DNA of 64,000 nucleotides. Origin: Magallana gigas. Taxonomy: Eukaryota. Under the pieces are notes generated by a model. It was not told where the DNA came from. It worked only from the letters and a program-made list of their open reading frames with translations, and did not search any database. The position numbers and the translations under genes are program-made. Location: contig NC_088854.1 of assembly GCF_963853765.1 (NCBI RefSeq), positions 58,528,001-58,592,000 on the forward strand. Reading direction: 5' to 3'. Positions 26,575 to 37,725 of this stretch are shown in pieces (position 1 is the stretch's first letter; the number at the start of each line of letters is the position of its first letter).

Positions 26575-27020
26575 TATCTGCTTACATCGTTATGTGGTGT
26601 GCTTTCATCATTACGTGATGTGCTTAAATCATTATACGGTGTGCTTATATCATTATGTGGTGTGTTTTTATCGTTATGTAGTGTGCTTCTATCATTATGT
26701 AGTGTGCTTATATCATTATGCGTTGTGCTTTAATCATTATGCAGTGTGCTTTTATTATTATGCAGTGTGCATATATTATTACGTGTTGTGCTTTTATCGT
26801 AATGTAGTGTATTTATATCATTATGTAGTGTGCTTATTCCTTTATGTGGTGTGCTATTGTCATATTTTGGTGTGACTATATCATCATGTGGTGTGCTTAC
26901 ATGTATGTCATTTTGTGGTGCACTTTCGTCATTGTGGGGTGTACATTTGGCATTATTTGCTGTGCTTTGATTATTACATATAGTGCATCTATTTTTGCGT
27001 ATATGATGTACGTTTTGCAT
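26575..27020 (+). repeat. Left subterminal ~21-bp degenerate tandem array of the IS3EU-like element
   Basis: Units such as CATTATGTGGTGTGCTTTTAT; source of spurious ORFs 26594-26875 and 26730-27020. Confidence 0.85.
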
Positions 27021-27059
27021 TATTTGAAAATAAAGATTAGTAGTCTTTGGAAATTAGAC

Positions 27060-29094
27060 ATGGAAACTATTCTAGAAAAACTCGGATTGGGCTCTTTAAC
27101 AAGAAAGTTTCAAGAAGAAAAGGTAACACCTGATATTGTATCAAAACTCTCAAAAGTTGAAATGCAAATTTTAGGAGTTGCTGATAGATCAGCCATGATG
27201 AAATTGAGAGTGGCTTGTATTCACCATGGAAGCAATCTTTTGATACAAAGAAATTCTGGGTACTTGATACCAGAAGATGTGTTGGACTTTTTGCTGGAAT
27301 CTAAGTTCAAAATCATTGAAATTTCTCAAATGTTAAATGTGTCAGAGAGCACAATATACAGAAGGATGAGACGATGCAATCTTTCTGTATCAAAATATAA
27401 CGATATATTAGATCATGAGCTGGATCAAATAGTTTCTGAAATTGCTACAGAGTTCCCGAAATGTGGAGAAACAATGGTCAGAGAAATTCTTCGGCAAAAA
27501 GGTGTCCAGGTAAGAGAAATTCCTCTTTTTTCAATATTTAAATTTGCAAATATGCTTTTTGATATGAATCTAACACTGAAAAAAAAAGTTCACTATTTTA
27601 TATTTACATTTTGCAAATGTTTCCTTACACGAACCAATGACATTTTAACATGATTTCGCTACCTTCAAAGCCCGAATGAATCAACAAAGAAAGCTTTTGT
27701 ATTAAACAAAATCCACTTATATATATATTAATGTTTACATTTTTAACTGTCTTTGTCTGTGATAACATTACGAATCAATTTTGAACCCCAAAACCCAATA
27801 ACTTCACAAAACATGAATGACACAAATGGGCGTGTCTTATAGCATAATCGAAAAACGGTATTGTAATACATAGCATGTGCTACATAAAAAATAGTGGTTT
27901 TAAAATAATGTTGTTTTAAAGTGTACAAATTGGAAATAATATAAATATAAGTAATACGGAATCATTCTTTGAATATTATGAGGTGATAATTTCGGTCGGA
28001 GCGTAGTCAAATCCATCATAAAGCCCTGGGCTTTATTGGATTTGACCACGCCCCGACCGAAATTATCACCTCATAATACTCAAAGAATGATTCCTTATTC
28101 CTTGAATAATTGTACGACATGATCTGGAACAGCTGTACATACCAATTCTTTTAATCTTCGAATTCTGTTTCATATCATGTTAAACAATTGGATGTTTTTA
28201 AAACAGGTAACAAGAGCAAGACTGCGAGAGAGCTTACATAGAACAAATGGGGATAACATAAAAAGCAGGATAAAAGGAAGATTACAAAGAAGAGTTTACA
28301 ATGTCGAAGGTGTCAATCATCTTTGGCATATAGATACAAACCACAAATTGATCAGATGGAATTTCATAATCGTTGGTGGTATCGATGGCTTCAGTAGGTT
28401 TGTCACATTCCTTAACTGTACAGACAACAATAAGTCTGAAACAATTTTCAGTTGTTTCCAAAGTGCTACTCGAAGCTATGGCTTGCCTTTAAGAGTTCGC
28501 TCTGATAAAGGACTTGAGAACAAAGCTGTCGCTGAATATATGGTCAGAACTCGAGGACCAAACAGAGGAAGCATGATAACTGGAAAAAGTGTCCACAACC
28601 AAAGAATTGAGAGGCTGTGGAGGGATGTGTATGAAGGAGTTCTCTGCTACTACTATGAACTTTTTTACTATATGGAAGACGTACAACTGCTTGATATTTT
28701 GAATGACATACATATGTTTTGTTTACATTATGTGTATCTGAAAAAGATAGACGAAAAGCTTCAAATATGGAAAGAAGCATGGGCTAATCATAGATTACGC
28801 ACTGTTAAGACCTCGCCATTGCATTTGTTTGCAGCCGGCATTATCAATAATCCAATTGATGTTTTAGATTTAGATTGGGAACAGTATGGTATTGAAGATA
28901 ATACTGATGTTCAATATCTTCACAATGTTAATCCCAGGCCTGTGTTTGATCCGCCTTCATATGCAGTAACAAATGACACTCTACAAGAATTGCAACAACA
29001 TTGTCCATTTAATTGGCATTCTGCTAACTATGGAATTGATATTTTCCAAAAGGCTGTGGAAATTGTCGAAAGAAACAACAGCTTAACAATATGA
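27060..29094 (+). CDS. SAM-HTH-integrase core (DDE) transposase, 445 aa, intact (exons 27060-27509, 28207-29094)
   Basis: N-terminal SAM-like [22 protein letters not shown]; [19 protein letters not shown]; rve motifs [19 protein letters not shown] and [13 protein letters not shown]. Phase-0 intron CAG|GTAAGA ... ACAG|GTA. Confidence 0.9.
27958..28094. repeat. Near-perfect ~137-bp palindromic (foldback) element in the integrase intron
   Basis: GGAATCATTCTTTGAATATTATGAGGTGATAATTTCGGTCGG... pairs with ...CCGACCGAAATTATCACCTCATAATACTCAAAGAATGATTCC. Confidence 0.9.
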
Positions 29095-30240
29095 TATACA
29101 ATGTAAATTCACTTGCCACTGTCTGCAAGACTAGTGTATCTTTTTTCCTAATCTGCTTGGCCCATTGACTAAGAATGACCAGATTTTTATCATGACAAAA
29201 AAGGGCTATTTAGTTACCATTCATGACTCTACTACAATGACTCTTCATGATGGTCAATAAAATTAGTAAGATGAACAAAGATTTGAGATTTGTTTTTATT
29301 ATACTGCTTTTTGATAGAAAAAAATGTCATTCCTTCTTGGTTTGAAAAAATAAACATAGGTAATCAAACTTTACATAGCTCACCGAGATGAAGGGTCACC
29401 TTTATGAGATCGCCTTTATTATATCATACGAAAATGTATAATGTCATCATACAATATGATATTTTATTATGTGATACTCTTCTGTATCACGTATATTGTA
29501 TCAGATGATTTTTATTGTTTGGTATCAAACGATAGAATTTAAAATACATTGCATTATATTAGGCATGCCAAAGCAAAGGGCCGTAACTCGATCTTCTCTA
29601 TTTTTTATATGTCTCTGACGTCATGCGTATTTTAGGCATGAGGGTTGTTGTCTTTTACGGCTTACAACTCGAAGAAAACGTACGATATATTCCGAATGTT
29701 AAAGGAACCAGTTTACGAAATGATCCAAGCGCATGCCTTTCTCTCTACTTCTGGAGAAACACGTGTTTTTATCAAAGAAAAATAAGCTGAAAGAGAGCGG
29801 TAAGTGTGTTTTGTCTTTTTAAATGCAAAGGCAACCTTTTAACTATGATAGGTAAAATATATCATACTTTATGTCGTTAATTATTATAAGAAATGATGAA
29901 AGAATGCACGACAATATGTATATTTTGTCGAAATAATATGTGGTGTGTTGATAGCCTCGTTTCCGTTCAAAAATGGCGGCTCCCATATTTCACACTGATT
30001 TTCACCTTTTATTTCATTTTCAAAGATATATAGCGTAGTTTATGCTTGTATTTAAAGTTATTTTGAAACCATATTATTGAAATTGTTCTTATTACGGATT
30101 ATCTTCGATCAGATAATAAGATTTTAACGTTAATTTCGATATGTCAACAGAGGAAATTCGAAATGTATATTGAATTGATTATGGTAGGCGATTTACATAT
30201 TGTAATGGCATTCATTTACTACTTTCAACAGATCAAGAGT

Positions 30241-30660
30241 ATGTCAAAGAGTTCTCATCTTTGTGAGGTACTTGAAAGGCAAAGAGCGGGGTTTTGTGTT
30301 CCTAAACTTTCCTTTGTCAGGAAAATTTTGGATGGCCGTTTAGCCAGCAAAACATGTTCAGATAATGCCAGAAAATTACTGAGCATTTTTGACAAATTTG
30401 TTAAAGAGATTTATGATGATAACAACTATCTAAAAGCTAGAGATATTTTTGAAATAAAGGTAGAAGACTACCTGTATCAGGAAACAGAGTTCATTGAAAC
30501 TTTGATAGAAGATATCACGGACGAAATTTTTTTCAAACGTGAAAAGAAACTCATTGGACTATTAGATATCCCAAGCAGCATTTTTGAAATAAATAGGGCT
30601 TTAATTGAAAATCGAGGAGGAAAAATGACAATTCTGGATGACTGTAATGATATCTGTTAA
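30241..30660 (+). CDS. 139-aa ORF upstream of, and in frame with, the large transposase ORF
   Basis: Follows acceptor TTTCAACAG (~30230). Ends at TAA 30658-30660, then 9 in-frame sense codons lead to the ATG at 30688. Confidence 0.45.
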   Translation: MSKSSHLCEVLERQRAGFCVPKLSFVRKILDGRLASKTCSDNARKLLSIFDKFVKEIYDDNNYLKARDIFEIKVEDYLYQETEFIETLIEDITDEIFFKREKKLIGLLDIPSSIFEINRALIENRGGKMTILDDCNDIC

Positions 30661-30687
30661 ATAACACCCCCCCCCCCCCCAAAAAAA

Positions 30688-33600
30688 ATGCCACTCATAA
30701 CCAATAAAGATGCCGTAAACATGTTTGAAAAAATGAAAAATGACAATGTTCCTCTATGTAAAATTGACCAAATTTTTAAAGACTATATAGGAGAAAATGA
30801 AATTATTAATGCAGATGCTTTAGTAAGGAAATTAAGACGCACAAATGAAAACTTAAAGAAAAAAAAGGGGAAATACAGAACCGATTTTGAAGCTTTAAAT
30901 TTTGAAATTCCTGTAGGGACAGTAACACGAGGTGTTAAAAAGCCAATTATGGCACAATTCGAGTCTGAAGCAGTTAATTTAACATTGATGTCTTTGAGCA
31001 ACACATTAAAAGAACAAAATGAAAAAATTAAGCATAGAGAACTTCTCTGTGAAGAAGAAATAGAGGCGTCAAAACATTTACAGCAAAATAAATTAAAAGA
31101 AATAACAGAAAAAGAAAAAAAAAGAAAAAAAGAGGTTGATGAATGGAAAGCAAAAACAAGAAAACTTAGGTATGAGAATTTACTACTAATGAGAAAAAGA
31201 AAACGAGATGAATTAAAAATAAAAACGGCTAAAAAGTATCAAAAACTGGAGAGAGATTGCTCATATTTGCTTACAAAAGAAAAAGAAAGATGTAAGGAAT
31301 TGTTGTCTGAATATAAAACTATGCAGACTGAGCTTACAAAACTACAATCTGTTCCTCACGAGACAAAACCAGAGGGTAATGATGACTCTGCAAAAGAATT
31401 ATTGAAGTTGAAAAGTGATATAAAAGCACTGGAACAGGAAAGAGATTATTTGTTGAATTTATTGGATGATGATGTTGAAATGAAAATATTTGATGAAGAT
31501 TCTGGATCATACACCCCCAAGGTTAGAGAATGTATAATGAAATTGACCTCTCTTAATGTTGCCACTAAAAACATCCCATCAGTTATTGAAAGCGTTTTAA
31601 AGTTAGGAAACAAAGTAGCTAATAAATTGCCATCAAGACAAACAGTAGACAACATTGTGTGTGAAAAGGTAGCAATCGGACAAAAACACATTGGTGTGAA
31701 ACTGGGACAACAGAAAAACCTTTGTTTGTATGGAGATGAAACGAGAAAGAAAGGCAAGACTTACCAAACATTCCTTGCAAGCAATGAAGAAAAAGAGGTC
31801 TTTTGCCTGGGACTAAGAGACATGCATAATAAAGCAGCCTCAACAACACTGGACACTTTCAAAGAAATTCTCAACGACATATCATCTGCTTGTGAGGAAA
31901 TGATAATCAATGAAGATGTATCAGTTGGTCATACAATCATAAGCAACATCCAAAGTTTCATGTCTGATAGGGCTAAAGTAAACATATCATTCACAGAACT
32001 TTTGCAGCAGTATAAATCGGAAATTTTGTCTATTGTTAAAAAGGACTGGGAAGTACTCAGTAATGAACAAAAACTCATGTGCAGCAAAGTTAATAACTTC
32101 TTTTGTGCACTTCATCTACTTGTAAATATGGCAGAGTGCACATCACCTATTCTCAAAAAGTTTGAAGATGAACAAGGAAATTCTGAATCTAATGTTGTTG
32201 AAGATCCTGAAACTGACCAGGAAAGTGAATGTTATTTTTCAAAAAGCGAGGCTAAAACATTAACTTTAATGAGATGTTGCTCAAAATGTTTCTCTTGTGG
32301 AGGCGATGAGAAATGTGGTGCATTTGCAGAATTCAAAGTTTATTGCAGTTCAAGGGATAAAAAAGTATTATTTATTCCATTCCGGGGAAACAGGTTCAAT
32401 GTAATCTTTTTTATTGCTGAGGTAGTTTACTACCACAGAGAGACAATCAGTACATTTCTAAACAATGTTCATGGAGTTACAAACAATCTGCACAAGATAA
32501 TTGCTCATTTAATTAAGAATCCAGTTTTCCTTGCTGCCTGCAAGGTGTTGGGATTAATATCAAAATTGATAACTGCACCGTTTTGGAGAATTATTGAAAA
32601 GAACCTCAATATTTTAGATCTTAACACATATTTTGAAAGCCTTACTGTATACCTTGAAAGACAGAGCACAGATGCATCAGGATTTGTGAATGGAGATGAG
32701 TACCCATTTGAAGAGAGTTTAATTGTTAAAGACAAACTTTATGAAGAACTAGTGAAACCAAATGATGAATTTGATCATATTGCTATTCAGCTTGCCCAAT
32801 TGCTGTTTTGTGGCTTCCATAAACTTGTTTCTGGCGCCTTAAGAGAACATTTACCTGGAGGAGCATACAATAACCCTTCTGATAAACTCAAAGATCAAAG
32901 CAAATCTGTTGTTCCACACAATAAAATGAGTGAGAGAGTGTTTGGAATGTTAGACAACTTTATAAGTTTTCGCCCAAACGCATCAACCATAACAAATGAG
33001 GCATTCATCATGTTTTCATTTAACAAAACATCCAAATGGTTAGATTCTTTACCAGATCAAGAAAAACACGAGATGATAAGTAAGGGTATTTCGGAAGGAA
33101 GGGAGCTTAGAGCACAATTTAAAGAGCGGTGCCATGATATTGTTTTAAAGCGAAGACAGCTTTTAGAAGAAAAAAAGGTTGCTCTTGCTAAAAAGGAGCA
33201 AAATTTACTTGCACAGCGGGAAAAACAAACAAATGAAATAGCATATTATGGGCTTTGGCAGTCGAGGGAAAGAGTTGATGCAGCACTTGGTGAGATTGAG
33301 AAGGAGAATGAGAAAAGGAAAGCACTTGAGGCTCAACTTCGATTTAGACAAAAGATGTTGAAGCAAAAACATGAAAACAAAGAGGTATTTAAGTTTAGCT
33401 CTAAAGGTAAAAAGCATCCTATTTCTGTATTGAGAGAAAACTTGCTGAAGCTTATAGATGCTGCTTATCATGGCCCAGATACTGAACCACAAAGAATTAG
33501 GACTCCATTATTGGTTGGGAAAAGGGTTAAACATAGATTTTCAAATGGCAATTACATAGGAAGGGTTATAAGTGTTGTGCCAGGTTTTGTGAACTTCTAT

Positions 33601-34151
33601 AACATTGTGTATGATAATGATGTGGCAGAAGATGGAATTACAAAGTGTGTGTACACTTACAAACTTTTGGATGATTATAAAAAGGGTGATTTAGAGATTA
33701 TACCAGAGGTATCAGTTGAATGTATGGCATTTCGGTTGTTTTTCTGTTGTTGAAAGTTTTGGAAAAGACCTTTACAGTTGTGAACTTCATACTTCATGGA
33801 ATACTAAAATTTTATTTCTTTTTTACTAAAAAACATTTTGTTTTTAATTATTTATCATATGTACTATTGAAAACTGATAGAAGTTGCAGGCTTGTCTTCT
33901 TTGTTTTGTTCTTATAGTTGTGGGTTGTTTTTTTTTTCAATTCAGACTTCACATTTCTATATTGGTGCTAGTATTAATAATACACTGTATGATAATTATG
34001 AGAATTGCATTTACTCTTCATCACTGAAAATAAAACTTAAACATTTCAATTTATTAAAGCAATACATTTCATCAGTCCATTAATCATACAATTTGTTAAA
34101 AATTTAAAATATCTTACAAAATTTACTTTTGCTTGGTTTCAGACATGTTAG
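30688..34151 (+). CDS. ~1009-aa hAT/P-like DDE transposase with coiled-coil N-terminus and C-terminal Spindlin (Spin/Ssty) Tudor-like domain (exon 30688-33708 plus ACA TGT TAG at 34143-34151)
   Basis: Motifs LYGDET, FMSDRA, FCALH (CxxH), RGNRFN, NKMSERVF. C-terminal LVGKRVKHRF...YNIVYDND...VYTYKLLDDYKKGDLEIIP. Donor GAG|GTATCA at 33709, acceptor TTTCAG at 34142, further UTR exon at ~34321. Confidence 0.75.
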
Positions 34152-34871
34152 CAGAGATTTCATGGTTCCCGAGTTAAGACTTCTGTATACTGTTCTGATT
34201 CATTTCTAAACAGGTAATTATGTATTAGTAAATAGTATTACTGAGATATCTTGTTTATTTATTCATTTTATTGATATGCAAATATCACATAAATTAATAT
34301 TTTTTTAATTCTATTTACAGACATTGCATGGGGGCCAGAGATCTAGCTGATCGACCAAAATAAACTAACAATTTTCATTTCATTGTTAATTATAATTAAT
34401 AAAATTGTATGTTTAATGAAAATTTCACACTGGACATTGTTCTTTTATCAATTCTCTTGAGTTTTGTGTTAACAAAAAAAAAATTTCAGTGGTTTAAAGG
34501 TATGAAAATGGAGGTGACATTTTATATGTAAAAATTCAATTGTATATGTTAAAAGTGCAAACTTCAAAAATATTTTAAAAATATATAATGTTGGAATTTT
34601 TCAAAAACAATGAATTTTTAAGCTTAATAGCAGGTAACAGAATTGAAATATACAAAGATTTTAATCTCATAATACCATTTTAAAATTGGCTTGGCATGCC
34701 TAATTATATTATATACTTGTAAAATATCAAACAATCTGATACAATCATATAATAACAGATCATATTATACAATTTCATAATGATAAAATACAAAACTGAA
34801 TCATATTATACCAAAAAGTTATGTTATATGATAAAATATTCATAATATGATTAAATACCATTGTGTGTGCA

Positions 34872-34891
34872 CATATATATATATATATACA

Positions 34892-34950
<59 letters not shown>
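34872..34950. repeat. (TA)n microsatellite
   Basis: Long TA run interrupted once by CACATTG. Confidence 0.95.
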
Positions 34951-34952
<2 letters not shown>

Positions 34953-35387
34953 AGAGAAATAAACAGCAATTTAAAATGTTCACCGGATACGAAGTTGGTT
35001 GGTCACGTGATCAAATCCTGTGAAGCCTGACATATTCTAATATGATATTTTAAGTCTATAAAGTATTTAAGTAGGTTAAGATGTACCATCCATGCAAGTT
35101 TGGTGAAGGTAGGACAAGTAATGACTTAGATATAGGAGCTGCACCAAAAACATTAAACAACGTAGTCAGGTGTGTAGCATAAGCTCCCCCCAACACCCCC
35201 CCCCCCCCCCCCCCCCCCACACTTCGTCTTGGTGAGCTAAAAATCAGAAATGTACAGGAAACAATTTGACAAACATGTCATCAGTACAAAACTTTAAGAT
35301 ATTTAACTTTTTGCTGATATTCCTTTAACAAAATATACATTTACCACACAAACTTTCATTTAAGTCAATGTTTAGAAATCCTGATAA

Positions 35388-35925
35388 AGTTTCTATTCAA
35401 AACAAGAAGTTCATGAGCAAACTTATGAGACAGTTCATACAAATCTTAAAGTATATCTATTCAAAACAAGAATTCCAAGAACCAACTTTAACATGACACA
35501 GTCCAAGGACCAACTTAACATGACACAGTCCAATGACATACTTAACATGACACAGTCCAAGGACCAACTTAACATGACAAGAGTTCATACAAATATTAAA
35601 GTTTCTATTTGAAACAAAAAGTCAGAGGACCAACTTTATCATGACAGAGTTCAAAACAGATATTAAAGTATCTATTCAAAACAAGAAGTCCAAGGACAAA
35701 CTTAACATTACACAGTCCAAGGACCAACTTAACATGACAAGAGTTCATACAAATAGTAAAGTTTCTATTTGAAACAAAAAGTCCGAGGACCAACTTTATC
35801 ATGACAGAGTTCATACAAATATTTAAGTTTCTATTCAAAACAAGAAGTCTAAGAACCAATTTTAACATGACACAGTCCAAGGACAAACTTTAACATGACA
35901 CAGTTCATACAAATATTAATGTTTT
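35388..35925. repeat. Compound degenerate tandem repeat (27-bp CAAGGACCAACTTAACATGACACAGTC subunits within longer ~60-90-bp units)
   Basis: Recurrent TCTATTCAAAACAAGAAGT and AACTTAACATGACACAGT blocks. Confidence 0.75.
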
Positions 35926-36133
35926 TATTAAAATTAAAACTGTAAAAATGGGCTTGGGGTGGGGTTCAAGAATCTGAGGAATCTCAACTTATCTATACCT
36001 TAGCGGCAGGGATCAAAATTGCAAAATTTTGGTAATTTTAAAGAGACCTGCATGCCTTTAATAATCAAGCTTTTATAATATTCAGTTTCATTTTTTATGT
36101 GGAAGGCTATAAAACAAGTAATCTTTGAAAATG

Positions 36134-36768
36134 AACAAGATATCCGTGAACCAATGCTCACTAGTAATACCCCCGATCTGATGTGTATATGCAAAAAAAG
36201 AAAAGTCAACATTTAACAGAAAGTTGACTTATGATAAAAAACTAATTCACTCCATATGGCATGCCTAAACAAACTTGAATGTCTTAATATTTCACGCATC
36301 TGCGATGAATACCGGAAGTTGCTGAGAAATCTTTGACAAAAATAAAATTTACCGGTGGGCTAAACGTATACACAAAGTCATCATTTAACAGGAAATTGAT
36401 GTCCAATTGGTACAAAAACGAATTCCATCATATAACATGCCTTATCAAAGCCTGTGTTAAGGTTAAGCATCTGCAATGAAAAGTTGCTGTGTAATCTTTG
36501 AGGAAAATTTGTTTGAAAATTTTGGCTTAAAATAAAAAATGTTGTCATTTAACAGGAAGTTGATGTAAGATTGGTACAAAACTAGATCCCAACATATGGC
36601 ATGCCTAAACAAATAGTGCGTTAAAATTTCAAGCCCCTGCAATGAATAGTTGCTGAGAAAAATGCAACCGAAATTTCTGTTATAGACAGACTGAAGGACA
36701 AACAGACAGACAGACACACAAGGGTAAAACAGTATACCCCCTCTCCTACAGAGAGTGTGTATAAAAAG
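36134..36768 (+). mobile_element. Helentron-associated (HINE/pearl-like) non-autonomous element with internal ~170-bp repeats
   Basis: Starts AACAAGATATCCGTGAACCAATGCTCACTAG, contains a GACA microsatellite, ends GGGTAAAACAGTATACCCCCT...TATAAAAA. Same family as 39928-40154. Confidence 0.6.
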
Positions 36769-37324
36769 TTGCCATGGACAGGCGGACAACATTGCGTGGT
36801 CTGAAAAGCTCACTTAATCATTGTAAACCAAAGTACGAATTGCAAAACGCAAAGTCAAAAAAGTTGAACAGTGCATCTTCTGTTGGCTCCTCATTTACAG
36901 GTATGGTTAATTGCATTTTGTTGATGCATGTATTTCCTGTTGGCAGGAATGATTGTCTTTCGACAAATTCCATTGTTGGCTGAATCTGGTAACCAAGTGG
37001 TGGTTCCTCTTCTGATCCAGTGCAAAACCGAAGAATTTTTGCAAGAGTAACATCCCCACGTCTACCACCTAAAAAACAAGAACATGGGTTTTGTTATTTA
37101 CAAAATTCTAATAAAATGAAATTTATTTCCTACTGGAAAGCAGTTAAATAACTGTAAATAACTGCACCATACAACAATAACTAGTATGATAAAGATAACA
37201 CCATACAGTGCTAATGACTACAGACGCAAGACAACTTTAGATGAGAAAAGCTGCTTTAAGGCTACAGCTCAGTAGAGCAAAACAAAGTAGATATTATTGA
37301 AATAGTGAACATCTCAAATGGTCC

Positions 37325-37725
37325 CACTCAAATACATAATGTAATAGAGAAAAGGATGATAAGACTTGAAGAGAATTTTGATTTTTTTCTATAAATCCCT
37401 ATGTAAAATACAAACCCCCATTGTGGCCCCACCCTACCCCTGGGGGTCACAATTTGAACAAACTTGAATCTACACTTGGGTACATGATGATGCTTCCATA
37501 CAAGTTTCAGCTTTTTTGCATATAATTCTGCCATGACCTTAACCTTAGACCTAGAAACATGGTTTAAGGTAATTGCACATCCTCTACCCAAAGGCTTTCT
37601 GTGGATGAAGTATAAGTAAGATTTGGCCAAGGGGAGAGATGATATGCTCCCAACAAGAGATCTCTGATGGATGGAAGGGCGAAGTGATCACTGTAGGGTG
37701 CCTACAGACCTGGGACCTAATAACT
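37325..37725. repeat. Fragment of bivalve HINE-type dispersed repeat in a HECT-gene intron
   Basis: Typical motifs CCCCACCCTACCCCTGGGGGTCACAATTTGAACAAACTTGAATCTACAC and a GATG microsatellite near the end. Confidence 0.5.

Larger units (their letters stand above)
29376..35239. mobile_element. Nested ~5.9-kb putative autonomous DNA transposon (superfamily unresolved, hAT/P-like DDE); true left end may lie ~25-35 bp further left
   Basis: Outer IR TAGCTCACCGAGATGAAG (29376-29393) vs CTTCGTCTTGGTGAGCTA (35222-35239), 16/18 match. Inner IRs ATTGTATCAGAT (29495/34734) and ATTAGGCATGCCAA (29558/34691). Encloses a transposase-like gene. No clear TSD beyond TA. Confidence 0.65.

Noticed and set aside
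26594-27059. ORFs 26594-26875 and 26730-27020 and the N-terminal extension of 26844-27653 (likewise 45068-45387 and 48724-49043)
   Set aside because: They derive from the 21-bp subterminal arrays; the real integrase start is best placed at 27060
27060-29094. Bacterial IS3 contamination or LTR-retrotransposon integrase
   Set aside because: The gene has a spliceosomal intron, there are no RT/RNase H/LTRs, and it is bounded by TIRs with a TSD inside host sequence
33511-33708. A host Spindlin gene or retrocopy
   Set aside because: Only one Tudor-like repeat is present, and it is in the same uninterrupted ORF as the transposase core
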